From IMG/VR virus record IMGVR_UViG_3300033066_001054: a stretch of DNA of 64,000 nt; one strand, 5' to 3'. A program made the position numbers and the translations under genes. Shown here in pieces: positions 49,931-57,027 of the stretch (its first letter is position 1; each line of letters starts with the position of its first letter). This stretch comes from a virus (lineage: Duplodnaviria > Caudoviricetes). The notes beneath the pieces are model-generated. The model was not told the DNA's origin. It ran no database searches and saw only the letters and a list, made by a program, of their open reading frames with translations.

Positions 49931-51553
49931 TTAGTCTTCGAATTCTACTGGCTTTGCTTCTTTAGCTCCACCAACAAAAGCCGCGATAACCTGCGGGACA
50001 TCAGCCGAGAATCCGGCAATGTCGAGCGCAAGCGGGTCACTTGGGTCTGCGATGCTGAAGTTGCTGGCCGATGTAGCCATAACAACCTGTCGAGCATCCT
50101 TAACAAACGCCTTTCGGTAGTTTGCCAAGGCGACCTTTGGATGTACGCTTCCGAAGTATGTTTCGTTGTCGGTGATGACAATGAAGACATCGTATTCGTG
50201 CTTGCGCTCTCCAGCCCAAATCATTGGCAACGAACAGTCTGTTCGACCGAAGTTGTTCATTTGCGCCTTCTTCATTGCTTCGCTTAGGCTCATCTTTCGA
50301 GTGAACCCAAGGTCAACAAATCGGTCAGCAAATCCCATGACTTCGACTGTTGGTTCTGTTGCTGCCCAGACCATTGACATGGCTGCAGCGACTTCACAGG
50401 CAGACAGACCGCCAGGAAGACCGCTAGTCCAGCTCATTGAGCCAGAAACGTCAACGCCAACCAAGAATCGCTTACCGGTTGGTTCAACGTTTGCAAACGC
50501 CTTATAGAAGGCATCGTCAAGCGAAGACACAACCGCCGAAATTGGATTCCAAGAACCAGAACCCTTCATACCATGACCGCTTTGGTAAGTCTTCATGGCT
50601 ACAAGGACTTGGATTGGGTGAACACGAGACTTTCGAATGTATTCAGCGTCTTCCAGCTTCTTGAGCACCAACTTGGTTGCCGCATTGCCTGGCTTAAGCA
50701 ACTCTGACTTTGTCATGTTGCCCAAGTTTCGAATCAATGCATTCAACGGCATGTGCGGAAGCATTGCATCCCAGACCTCTGGCGCGTTCAAGAACTGCGT
50801 CGGAACAGCCTCTCGAGGCAACTTGTAGTCAGTAATCAGCTTGACAACTTCCTTTGCAGAAGAAGCCTGTGATGCTGCCAAATATCCCTCGACAATTGCC
50901 GGCTGGCTGACTTCTGGAGTCCACTTGTCGTCTACAATCCAGCGATACAGAGCGTTTCGCGATGCATCACCATTCGGAGAAGGGTGACCAACACGCAGAA
51001 CGTCAGCATGGCTCCAACCATTTCGGTTGCGGTACTTGACTGCCTGAAATGCAACTTGGTCAACATCTCTGGCGTCATACCAATTCTTGATTGTTCGCTT
51101 AATTGCACGACCAGTCAGCTTGCGCAATGACTTCAACTCCTCTAGGAAGTAGAAGAACGTTGACGCAGTTCGGCACACATCATTGACGGATGCCAATGCG
51201 GCTTGTCGTGTTTCAAGGTCTCCCTCTGCGGCTGCGACAGCAAGTGCGAACAGAGCGTGGTCTTGCTTTGGTGCAAGGCCTCGAATTGAAACGTCCTTGA
51301 TTCGGTTCACAACACGCAGGCCGTCTGCCTTAAGGCACGCCTTAAGTGCAGCGTAGTTCCGCTTCACGTGCTTGTCCTGGTTGCAGTAATACGTTCCACC
51401 CTCAGCACCGAGAATCAAGAATCTGTCGAGCTGACCCCAAATGCCGATGTCGTAGACGAATCCACCAGCGTCATTCTTGACCTGGCGCTCGTCCAATTGT
51501 TCTGTCTGCCGAACCTTGTTCGGTGATGGCTTAACTGTTGTTGCGTATCTCAT
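49931..51553 (-). CDS. rsr: Ro60/Rsr TROVE-domain RNA-binding protein
   Basis: NDAGGFVY..LDRFLILGAEGGTYY, KYRNRNGWSHAD, ALIRNLG, SRVHP; vWA MIDAS DVSGSM, TDCSLPM, TDNET. Confidence 0.95.
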   Translation of the reverse strand: MRYATTVKPSPNKVRQTEQLDERQVKNDAGGFVYDIGIWGQLDRFLILGAEGGTYYCNQDKHVKRNYAALKACLKADGLRVVNRIKDVSIRGLAPKQDHALFALAVAAAEGDLETRQAALASVNDVCRTASTFFYFLEELKSLRKLTGRAIKRTIKNWYDARDVDQVAFQAVKYRNRNGWSHADVLRVGHPSPNGDASRNALYRWIVDDKWTPEVSQPAIVEGYLAASQASSAKEVVKLITDYKLPREAVPTQFLNAPEVWDAMLPHMPLNALIRNLGNMTKSELLKPGNAATKLVLKKLEDAEYIRKSRVHPIQVLVAMKTYQSGHGMKGSGSWNPISAVVSSLDDAFYKAFANVEPTGKRFLVGVDVSGSMSWTSGLPGGLSACEVAAAMSMVWAATEPTVEVMGFADRFVDLGFTRKMSLSEAMKKAQMNNFGRTDCSLPMIWAGERKHEYDVFIVITDNETYFGSVHPKVALANYRKAFVKDARQVVMATSASNFSIADPSDPLALDIAGFSADVPQVIAAFVGGAKEAKPVEFED

Positions 51554-51592
51554 GTTTTTTCTCCGTACCAGTTTTCCTGGTCTATGTTAGCA

Positions 51593-51623
51593 CAAATGGC
51601 GAGTGAAATTCACTCGCCATTTG
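51593..51623. other. Perfect inverted repeat with 15-bp arms between the Y RNAs and rsr
   Basis: CAAATGGCGAGTGAA-A-TTCACTCGCCATTTG. Confidence 0.7.
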
Positions 51624-51630
51624 AGAAATC

Positions 51631-51764
51631 TATGCGGTCAAGATGTGAGAACGACGTTTAGCTGCTCTACCAACTGAGCTACAACCTCCTTGCGGAGATT
51701 GGTGGGACTCGAACCCACGACCAGCCCTTTAGCATAGGTAATCGTAACTCGTTCGTACCGCACA
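51631..51764 (-). ncRNA. yrlA: YrlA-type Y RNA (tRNA-mimic domain)
   Basis: Terminal stem TGTGCGGTACGAAC../..CTTGACCGCATA (Ro site) encloses a T arm GTGGG-TTCGAGT-CCCAC, a loop-closed acceptor-like stem CAATCTCC-GCAA-GGAGGTTG and a D arm TAGCTCAGTTGGTAGAGC; adjacent to rsr. Confidence 0.9.
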
Positions 51765-51771
51765 AAATGTC

Positions 51772-51834
51772 TCATGGGCAAGTTGTTGCAATTGGTCTTT
51801 ATTTACCAGATAAACCAACTGCTTCGTCCCACGA
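51772..51834 (-). ncRNA. Second, minimal Y RNA
   Basis: TCGTGGGACGAAG../..CTTGCCCATGA has the same bulged Ro helix as its neighbour; inner stem GCAGTTGGT/ACCAATTGC. Confidence 0.75.
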
Positions 51835-51992
51835 AAATCGTGTACTTGTCGTCAGTGCCTTGGCACCTACAAACTACTAATATAATCTGCTTGATGTCTT
51901 CCCATCAGCCATATAGCTCTTAATCCCTCATCGGCTGCGCCACGGCTATACGTGCGCACTTCTAAATCTATTGGTTATTTGCATTCCGTGTT

Positions 51993-52001
51993 ATTATAGC
52001 A
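51993..52001 (-). promoter_or_regulatory. Extended -10 promoter upstream of the Y RNAs and rsr
   Basis: TGCTATAAT on the minus strand. Confidence 0.5.
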
Positions 52002-52021
52002 CGTTTCTCAGAATTCTACAG

Positions 52022-52546
52022 CTAACATCGCCCTCCAGCCCGCCAATTTTGGAGCAGTCCTCTTTCTGTCACTTCTTTCACTGCCTTTGATACAATTTTC
52101 CATGCTTCCCATGGCATATCGCGTCTGATGTAATTACAAGACCAACAACAAGGTTGAACATTATTTTGGGTGTGCCCAATTGTATTGTCAATTCTGTCCA
52201 AACTTAGTTTTTCTTGACTCGTGCAATATGCGCAACCATTCTGAATCAATGCCTGAACAAATTCTATTGTTAAATCATTATCAAAACCCTTTTTTCTATC
52301 ACTCCCTTTTGCGTCTCGCACAATGAATTTTGCACGTGTGGTCTTGTCTTGTCGAGCGGCTTGACGTTGTTCTTTTTCGATTGCCTTTCTTCGCTCCCAT
52401 ACCTCTGGATTGTTTTCATAATACCATCGGCGCATTTTGTATCTACAACTTTCGCATGCACCCCTGTGATATATTCTGCCTTCTTTGACTATTTGTTGAA
52501 AATTCTCAATGGATTTTTCTTCTTTGCACTTAGAACATGTCTTCAT
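52022..52546 (-). CDS. His-Me finger/HNH-type endonuclease
   Basis: CSKC..CESC, CAYC..LDRIDN..GH..NNV.PCC..CN. Confidence 0.8.
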   Translation of the reverse strand: MKTCSKCKEEKSIENFQQIVKEGRIYHRGACESCRYKMRRWYYENNPEVWERRKAIEKEQRQAARQDKTTRAKFIVRDAKGSDRKKGFDNDLTIEFVQALIQNGCAYCTSQEKLSLDRIDNTIGHTQNNVQPCCWSCNYIRRDMPWEAWKIVSKAVKEVTERGLLQNWRAGGRC

Positions 52547-52606
52547 ACAGTTACATTATGCATTGGTGTATACATAACCTTTTAACTGTCAGTACACACT
52601 AATCAC

Positions 52607-52693
52607 TGGTGGGGGCCGTGGGATTCGAACCCACTCAGGCAAATGCCAACAGTTTTACAGACTGGCCCAGCTCTCCTACTCTGGCGCACCCCC
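52607..52693 (-). tRNA. tRNA-Tyr(GTA), atypical
   Basis: GGGGGTG..CAGT-CTGTAAA-ACTG, long variable arm, GTGGG-TTCGAAT-CCCAC, ACCA; G7:G66 mismatch. Confidence 0.8.
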
Positions 52694-52707
52694 AAAATCA
52701 ACAAATT

Positions 52708-52794
52708 TGGTGGGGGTGACAGGATTCGAACCTGCAATGCCTTGCGACGCCAGGGTTACAGCCTGGTAGGGCAACCAGTCGCCCCAACACCCCC
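52708..52794 (-). tRNA. tRNA-Tyr(GTA) with extended D stem
   Basis: GGGGGTG/CACCCCC-A-CCA; CCAGG-CTGTAAC-CCTGG; TTCGAAT T-loop. Confidence 0.85.
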
Positions 52795-52821
52795 GATTGT
52801 ATAGTTATAGTCACTTTCCAT
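52756..52821 (-). CDS. Tyr-codon mini-ORF (MESDYNY..., 21 aa) running into tRNA-Tyr
   Basis: AGAAAGACA ATG GAA AGT GAC TAT AAC TAT; the stop falls in the anticodon loop. Confidence 0.55.
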   Translation of the reverse strand: MESDYNYTIGGVGATGCPTRL

Positions 52822-52848
52822 TGTCTTTCTCTCTCTCTCTCTGAAATT

Positions 52849-53143
52849 TGGTATCAACGGCAGGACTCGAACCTACAGTACGCCCTCCAATGCTTGCATG
52901 CTATGGGCGCGTGTTACCTATCTATCGTCAAATTCACTACTGGGTTATGTACTCACCGAACCTTACTCACACTTCATACTCACCAACAATCCGGACCAAA
53001 CCTGTCTGGCGTTCAACCAGCTCAACGTTTCTAAAGCCTGCAAGCATGATATTTGGGCGTTCATGCTGGATTTCTTGATGTTTTCGTGTTCAACTTTCTC
53101 TAACTTTTCATTCCTCCTATTGTCAAAATTACACTACGTCGAT
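52849..53143 (-). ncRNA. tRNA-like element with ~210-nt D-loop insertion and enlarged anticodon arm
   Basis: ATCGACG/CGTTGAT-ACCA acceptor, GTGT/ACAC D stem split by the insert, CGCCC/GGGCG stem with a 19-nt loop, GTAGG-TTCGAGT-CCTGC. Confidence 0.6.
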
Positions 53144-53162
53144 ATAAACTGTCTGCGCCAGG

Positions 53163-53236
53163 GGTGACCAAAGGAACTCGAATCCTCAATCTTCTGGGCC
53201 ACAACCAGACGCTTTAACCGATTAAGCTATGGCCAC
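53163..53236 (-). tRNA. tRNA-His(GTG), no encoded G-1 or CCA
   Basis: GTGGCCA/TGGTCAC-C; TCTGG-TTGTGGC-CCAGA; TTCGAGT T-loop. Confidence 0.85.
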
Positions 53237-53371
53237 ACCTCGCGCGGTGTTCAAAACTTGGGGCGACCGAGGGGTATCGAGCCCCCTAGTGATTTGGTTC
53301 ACAGCCAAACCCCCTCGCCTTCTGGGTCCGACCGCCATGTTATTCAGTTGTGTATGATGATGGTCGTCCAT
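53222..53371 (-). CDS. His-codon mini-ORF (MDDHHH..., 49 aa) reading through tRNA-His
   Basis: AGAAAGACA ATG GAC GAC CAT CAT CAT; open across the first His tRNA and stops in the D arm of the second. Confidence 0.55.
   Translation of the reverse strand: MDDHHHTQLNNMAVGPRRRGGLAVNQITRGLDTPRSPQVLNTARGVAIA
53259..53336 (-). tRNA. tRNA-His(GTG), atypical T loop
   Basis: G-1:C73, GCGGTCG/CGGTCGC, TTTGG-CTGTGAA-CCAAA, T loop CTCGATA, CCA. Confidence 0.8.
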
Positions 53372-53396
53372 TGTCTTTCTTTCCTAACTACAAAAT

Positions 53397-53470
53397 TGGC
53401 TGGCACGGGTGGATTCGAACCACCATCCATGGAGTAACAGTCCATTATTCTACCGTTGAAATACATGCCA
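53397..53470 (-). tRNA. tRNA-Asn(GTT)
   Basis: TGGCATG/CGTGCCA-G-CCA; ATGGA-CTGTTAC-TCCAT; TTCGAAT. Confidence 0.9.
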
Positions 53471-53472
53471 GT

Positions 53473-54021
53473 TCAGTTTAGCCATTTCCTAATTGCGTTG
53501 TCTGATACCCCGTAGAGTCTTCCAACTGCTGAGACACTCATAGACCTCAATTGGTTAATCAAAATCTCTTTCGTGGGTCTTTCGCATTTTCTGCTTGCGA
53601 TTCTATAACACTCCGCACAGCAATATTTTTGTCCTTTGTTTTTTGGCTTGTATTGCTTGTTGCAAGTTTCGCAAGCCGATATCAACAATAACTTAATTTG
53701 CTTTTCTTGAGGTGACTTTTTCTTGTGCTTCTCCCATTTGTTGTCGTCTTTTGTTGCTTGCCATTTGTAATGTAGTTCTGTATGACATCTTACACACAAC
53801 AAGTCACATTTATCTGCTTCTGCTTTAAGTCTTTCATAAGACCATGATTTTCCACTAATGGTCAAGTCTTTTTGATTCGGGTCTCGATGATGAAATGCAT
53901 ATGCTGGCGGACAATCTTCTTCGTAACCACATTGGATACATTTTCCACCTTTGTACTCAATCAGCAATCTTTTTACCCTTCTTCTCCATGACACAACCTT
54001 GTGTGTTTTACTTGCACTCAT
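53473..54021 (-). CDS. HNH homing endonuclease with C-terminal HTH, between the two tRNA-Asn genes
   Basis: KGGKCIQCGY..FHHRDP..K..KCDLLCVRCH..LH; GRLYGVSDNAIRKW. Confidence 0.85.
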   Translation of the reverse strand: MSASKTHKVVSWRRRVKRLLIEYKGGKCIQCGYEEDCPPAYAFHHRDPNQKDLTISGKSWSYERLKAEADKCDLLCVRCHTELHYKWQATKDDNKWEKHKKKSPQEKQIKLLLISACETCNKQYKPKNKGQKYCCAECYRIASRKCERPTKEILINQLRSMSVSAVGRLYGVSDNAIRKWLN

Positions 54022-54074
54022 AAGTGTTTGTTAACCAAAAAAGTTAACCATACCTCTGTATGAGTTCGAAATTT

Positions 54075-54150
54075 TGGAGGCCCGCCTGGGTTCTGACCCC
54101 AGCCCTTTCCGTTTAACAGACGTCTGCAACTACCAGCTTGCTCACGAGCC
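54075..54150 (-). tRNA. tRNA-Asn(GTT), strongly atypical
   Basis: GGCTCGT/GCGGGCC-T-CCA; GCAA/TTGC D stem; CGT-CTGTTAA-ACG; T loop GTCAGAA. Confidence 0.7.
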
Positions 54151-54197
54151 TTGATGTTCGCGCTCCAGCGCGTCACATCAAGTGGCACGCCTTCGCG

Positions 54198-54221
54198 CTA
54201 ATTATTGTCGTTGTCCTCCAT
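54198..54221 (-). CDS. Asn-codon mini-ORF MEDNDNN
   Basis: GAGGAAAAGGACA ATG GAG GAC AAC GAC AAT AAT TAG, 47 nt before tRNA-Asn. Confidence 0.55.
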   Translation of the reverse strand: MEDNDNN

Positions 54222-54243
54222 TGTCCTTTTCCTCGTCAAATCT

Positions 54244-54280
54244 AAAAAAAGAAAGCCCGACCTTGTGAGCCGGGCTTTCT
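54244..54280 (-). terminator. Attenuator terminator of the tRNA operon
   Basis: AGAAAGCCCGGC-TCACAAG-GTCGGGCTTTCT followed by a T run. Confidence 0.9.
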
Positions 54281-54302
54281 TGGGGATTGGTCAATCTTAC
54301 GA

Positions 54303-54416
54303 TTAAGCCTGGTACCCCCAGTTAGCCCGAACCATATTGGGATAATTATGCACGGCGGTATTGGCCTGATAGGCCAACCGTGTGCTTCCATTATGGTTAT
54401 TCAAGCTAAATCGCAT
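54303..54416 (-). CDS. Asn/His/Tyr-rich leader peptide (37 aa)
   Basis: MRFSLNNHNGSTRLAYQANTAVHNYPNMVRANWGYQA; AAGGA RBS 6 nt upstream; lies between promoter and terminator. Confidence 0.8.
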   Translation of the reverse strand: MRFSLNNHNGSTRLAYQANTAVHNYPNMVRANWGYQA

Positions 54417-54455
54417 GTTCATTCCTTTCGCGATGTTTTCATCGCTCACCTTCAT

Positions 54456-54484
54456 ATTATACAACAGACTTCGTTTTTTGTCAA
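54456..54484 (-). promoter_or_regulatory. Consensus sigma70 promoter
   Basis: TTGACA (54479-84), 17 nt, TATAAT (54456-61). Confidence 0.9.
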
Positions 54485-54530
54485 GAGGTTCCGAGAAAAA
54501 TCCGAAAAAAGTCGTGTTTGAACCCGAAAA

Positions 54531-55007
54531 TCACGTCTTAACTTGGGTCTTGGCTGCTTTTTCTGCGCTTTCCCTGGCCTCTTCGTATGACATTCCAGAT
54601 GCATACAGTTCGCAGATGTGTGGAAAAATGGCTTCGTAATCCTTCCTGTGGTCTAGAAACTCTTTCGCTTTATCTTGAGTTCCTTCTGGCCATTCTGAGT
54701 CAATCTTTTTCTTTGTGCAACCCATCTCGGAGTATACATAGTATTGCCCCCAAAAATTTCCGTGGTCACGATTTTCACGACCGCAACCAGAGCAATCCAG
54801 CATATGAGACCAGAAATATGCATCCACAATATCTTGATACACACGGAGCGCCATTATGACAGGCGACTCAAATCTTGAATTCGTCTTGCCAGTGATTTTG
54901 TTGGCAAAACTTGCATCGAGGTCGCACGAGATAGATTCAAATGAACCAGTAATGGCTTGAACCAGGTCGCAAACCTCTTGGTGCGTTGGTCTTTGCAGAA
55001 TTTCCAT
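54531..55007 (-). CDS. Hypothetical protein
   Basis: 158-aa ORF. Confidence 0.55.
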   Translation of the reverse strand: MEILQRPTHQEVCDLVQAITGSFESISCDLDASFANKITGKTNSRFESPVIMALRVYQDIVDAYFWSHMLDCSGCGRENRDHGNFWGQYYVYSEMGCTKKKIDSEWPEGTQDKAKEFLDHRKDYEAIFPHICELYASGMSYEEARESAEKAAKTQVKT

Positions 55008-55016
55008 GCATGCAGT

Positions 55017-55352
55017 TTACCACAACTTGGCTATCTTACAGATGTCTTCGTATTCAAAATCTGGTTCGTAGTTCTCTTTAGACGTAAGACTCTCGTTCAC
55101 GTGACCAACCAGTATGAACTTGCCTGTCTTCAAAAACAGCACCGTGCCAGGTGTGATTGATTCCATACACTGGCGCCATTTTACGCGCTGTAACCGATAG
55201 GCTTCCAGCTTAGCTTGATTTTCAGGGGTGATTTTAGCTTGCGGTGACACGCCATGCGGTAGCTCTGGCTGCTGGACAAATTCGTAGTCCTGCCAATCTA
55301 GCCGCTTGAGGAAATCCCCCAGATTTTCTATTGCTTGAGATTCGTCTTTCAT
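55017..55352 (-). CDS. Hypothetical protein
   Basis: 111-aa ORF coupled to the upstream gene. Confidence 0.55.
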   Translation of the reverse strand: MKDESQAIENLGDFLKRLDWQDYEFVQQPELPHGVSPQAKITPENQAKLEAYRLQRVKWRQCMESITPGTVLFLKTGKFILVGHVNESLTSKENYEPDFEYEDICKIAKLW

Positions 55353-56977
55353 TTTTTGTTGGTCTCATATTGTTGCTGGTTACTCTTGGTTTTTGGTATC
55401 AAATCTGAAGATTGCACAATGTTTTCTGACAACAGCCTCTGTGTGCGTTCTTGAATAATGTGATACGCTTGATATTTGTACAAGTCACATCCATCAAGAT
55501 ATAGAATCTGCCTTTGAATGCCGTCCTGGTACACCTCTCTACTCCCGGCATATATCTTTGGACTCACTTCGTTGTAATAGTCTCTAGTCTCTGCCATACG
55601 CCAATACATTTGCTCTGTGAGAATAGCTTGCATCTTAGAACAGTTTTTGAGATTTAGAATGTAGTTTGTGTTCTTTTCAATGAACGAGCGGGACATCAAT
55701 CCCATGTTTAGCCAGCCATACTCGAGAACTGCGATATGTTCGCAATCGAGTCCTTTTTCCAGAATTCGTTCGATAAACCTTGGGCCGACCTCGGACGTGG
55801 CGTGCATCACGAACCACCACCACCCAGGGACATTATTTTCAACTACGTCAATTAACGCAGTGTGGTCATACGAGTTGTGTGTGACGCAATGAACTTTTAC
55901 GCGGTTGATTTCAAGTGTTTGTTGACTTTCAAATCCGCCTGCGACGATATGAATTTGCTCTGGTTTGACCCCATTCCTAAACAGGCTGTTTGTAATCACA
56001 GGCACGGAGCGATGCATGTCGCTTATGTGTGTTGATATGCAAAACCTTAAATCTTCAGCACTTGGGCTCTTGGCGCATTCACCAACCATAGAGTTTAACA
56101 AGCTGGACTCCGAACCATATTGAATCTCGTCTTCGACAACTTTGGCCACCGCGTCAGATGATTGCTGAATGTGTGAGAGATATTGAGTCCATATATCTGT
56201 CCGGTCCATGTGTTTAACATGCTCGGGATATGCGTAATACGCAGTCCAGGCGCGACCACAAATTTCAGTCTTTGTGATGTGTCGCATCAATGCAACCTTG
56301 GCACTTCGGTCTGAAGGCTTGAATAGTTCGTGCCTTTTCCTGTTGTCAAAAGCAAAACAGCACTCTACCGGAATGTCTTTTTCCTCAAGTCGAATCACTC
56401 CAAATTGTTGCAACGACTCTCGACCCTGGTTTAATTCGGAAAGCCACGCACGATGACACGCCTCTTGCAAATTGGGGTGCTCTTTGCGTATGTCTAGGTA
56501 GTCTATGTATAGACCATCCCACATCTTGAAGCACCATGGCGGCAAGAAACCCATCGCTTGTTGCATATATGTGGTTCGCTCAGTGCCGACACATGCCGGA
56601 TACGCGAATGACAATTCTTTTCTGCTGGCTATATGTGAAACAAGATTACATATAGCGTCTGGATGAATATAACACAGGTCTTCAGAGCACCATACAATGA
56701 TTTCTGCATTTTCAAGTTCTGGAATGCCGAAAATGGCAGGAATGTACATTTTACTGGCGTGGTCGCTGAATGCAACTACCCTTGCATCACATGATGCATC
56801 TAATAGCAGTCCCCAAACTACGCCGGTCAGTATTTTATCGGCTTTCGGCACCACAATAATCAGTTCATCAACTAAACCATTGCAGGCCGCTACAAGAACT
56901 GGTAATGATTTGGATGCAGACTCTTCGCTGGTGACCTGACTCACCACAGTTACGCGACTGTTGGCAATCACGAACAA
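55349..56977 (-). CDS. Two-domain glycosyltransferase-like protein
   Basis: N-half resembles a degenerate version of 27940-28791 (EDLCYI.P.AI..L); C-half has HNSYDHTALID, WFVMHAT and YKY motifs. Confidence 0.5.
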   Translation of the reverse strand: MFVIANSRVTVVSQVTSEESASKSLPVLVAACNGLVDELIIVVPKADKILTGVVWGLLLDASCDARVVAFSDHASKMYIPAIFGIPELENAEIIVWCSEDLCYIHPDAICNLVSHIASRKELSFAYPACVGTERTTYMQQAMGFLPPWCFKMWDGLYIDYLDIRKEHPNLQEACHRAWLSELNQGRESLQQFGVIRLEEKDIPVECCFAFDNRKRHELFKPSDRSAKVALMRHITKTEICGRAWTAYYAYPEHVKHMDRTDIWTQYLSHIQQSSDAVAKVVEDEIQYGSESSLLNSMVGECAKSPSAEDLRFCISTHISDMHRSVPVITNSLFRNGVKPEQIHIVAGGFESQQTLEINRVKVHCVTHNSYDHTALIDVVENNVPGWWWFVMHATSEVGPRFIERILEKGLDCEHIAVLEYGWLNMGLMSRSFIEKNTNYILNLKNCSKMQAILTEQMYWRMAETRDYYNEVSPKIYAGSREVYQDGIQRQILYLDGCDLYKYQAYHIIQERTQRLLSENIVQSSDLIPKTKSNQQQYETNKK

Positions 56978-57027
56978 TCACCATAATATTGTAGGTTTTG
57001 CGCCACCTTTCCAAGAAGGCATGAATT

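Noticed and set aside
51660-51725. Circularly permuted tRNA gene
   Set aside because: There is no anticodon loop; the T-then-D order inside a Ro-binding stem next to rsr matches YrlA.
51840-51935. Hammerhead ribozyme (CTGACGA/CTGATG cores on the minus strand)
   Set aside because: I could not build stem II plus GAAA and a cleavage triplet.
52849-53143. tmRNA
   Set aside because: No G3:U70 pair, a D stem and anticodon arm are present, the insert is in the D loop, and I see no clear tag frame. Not fully excluded without a covariance search.
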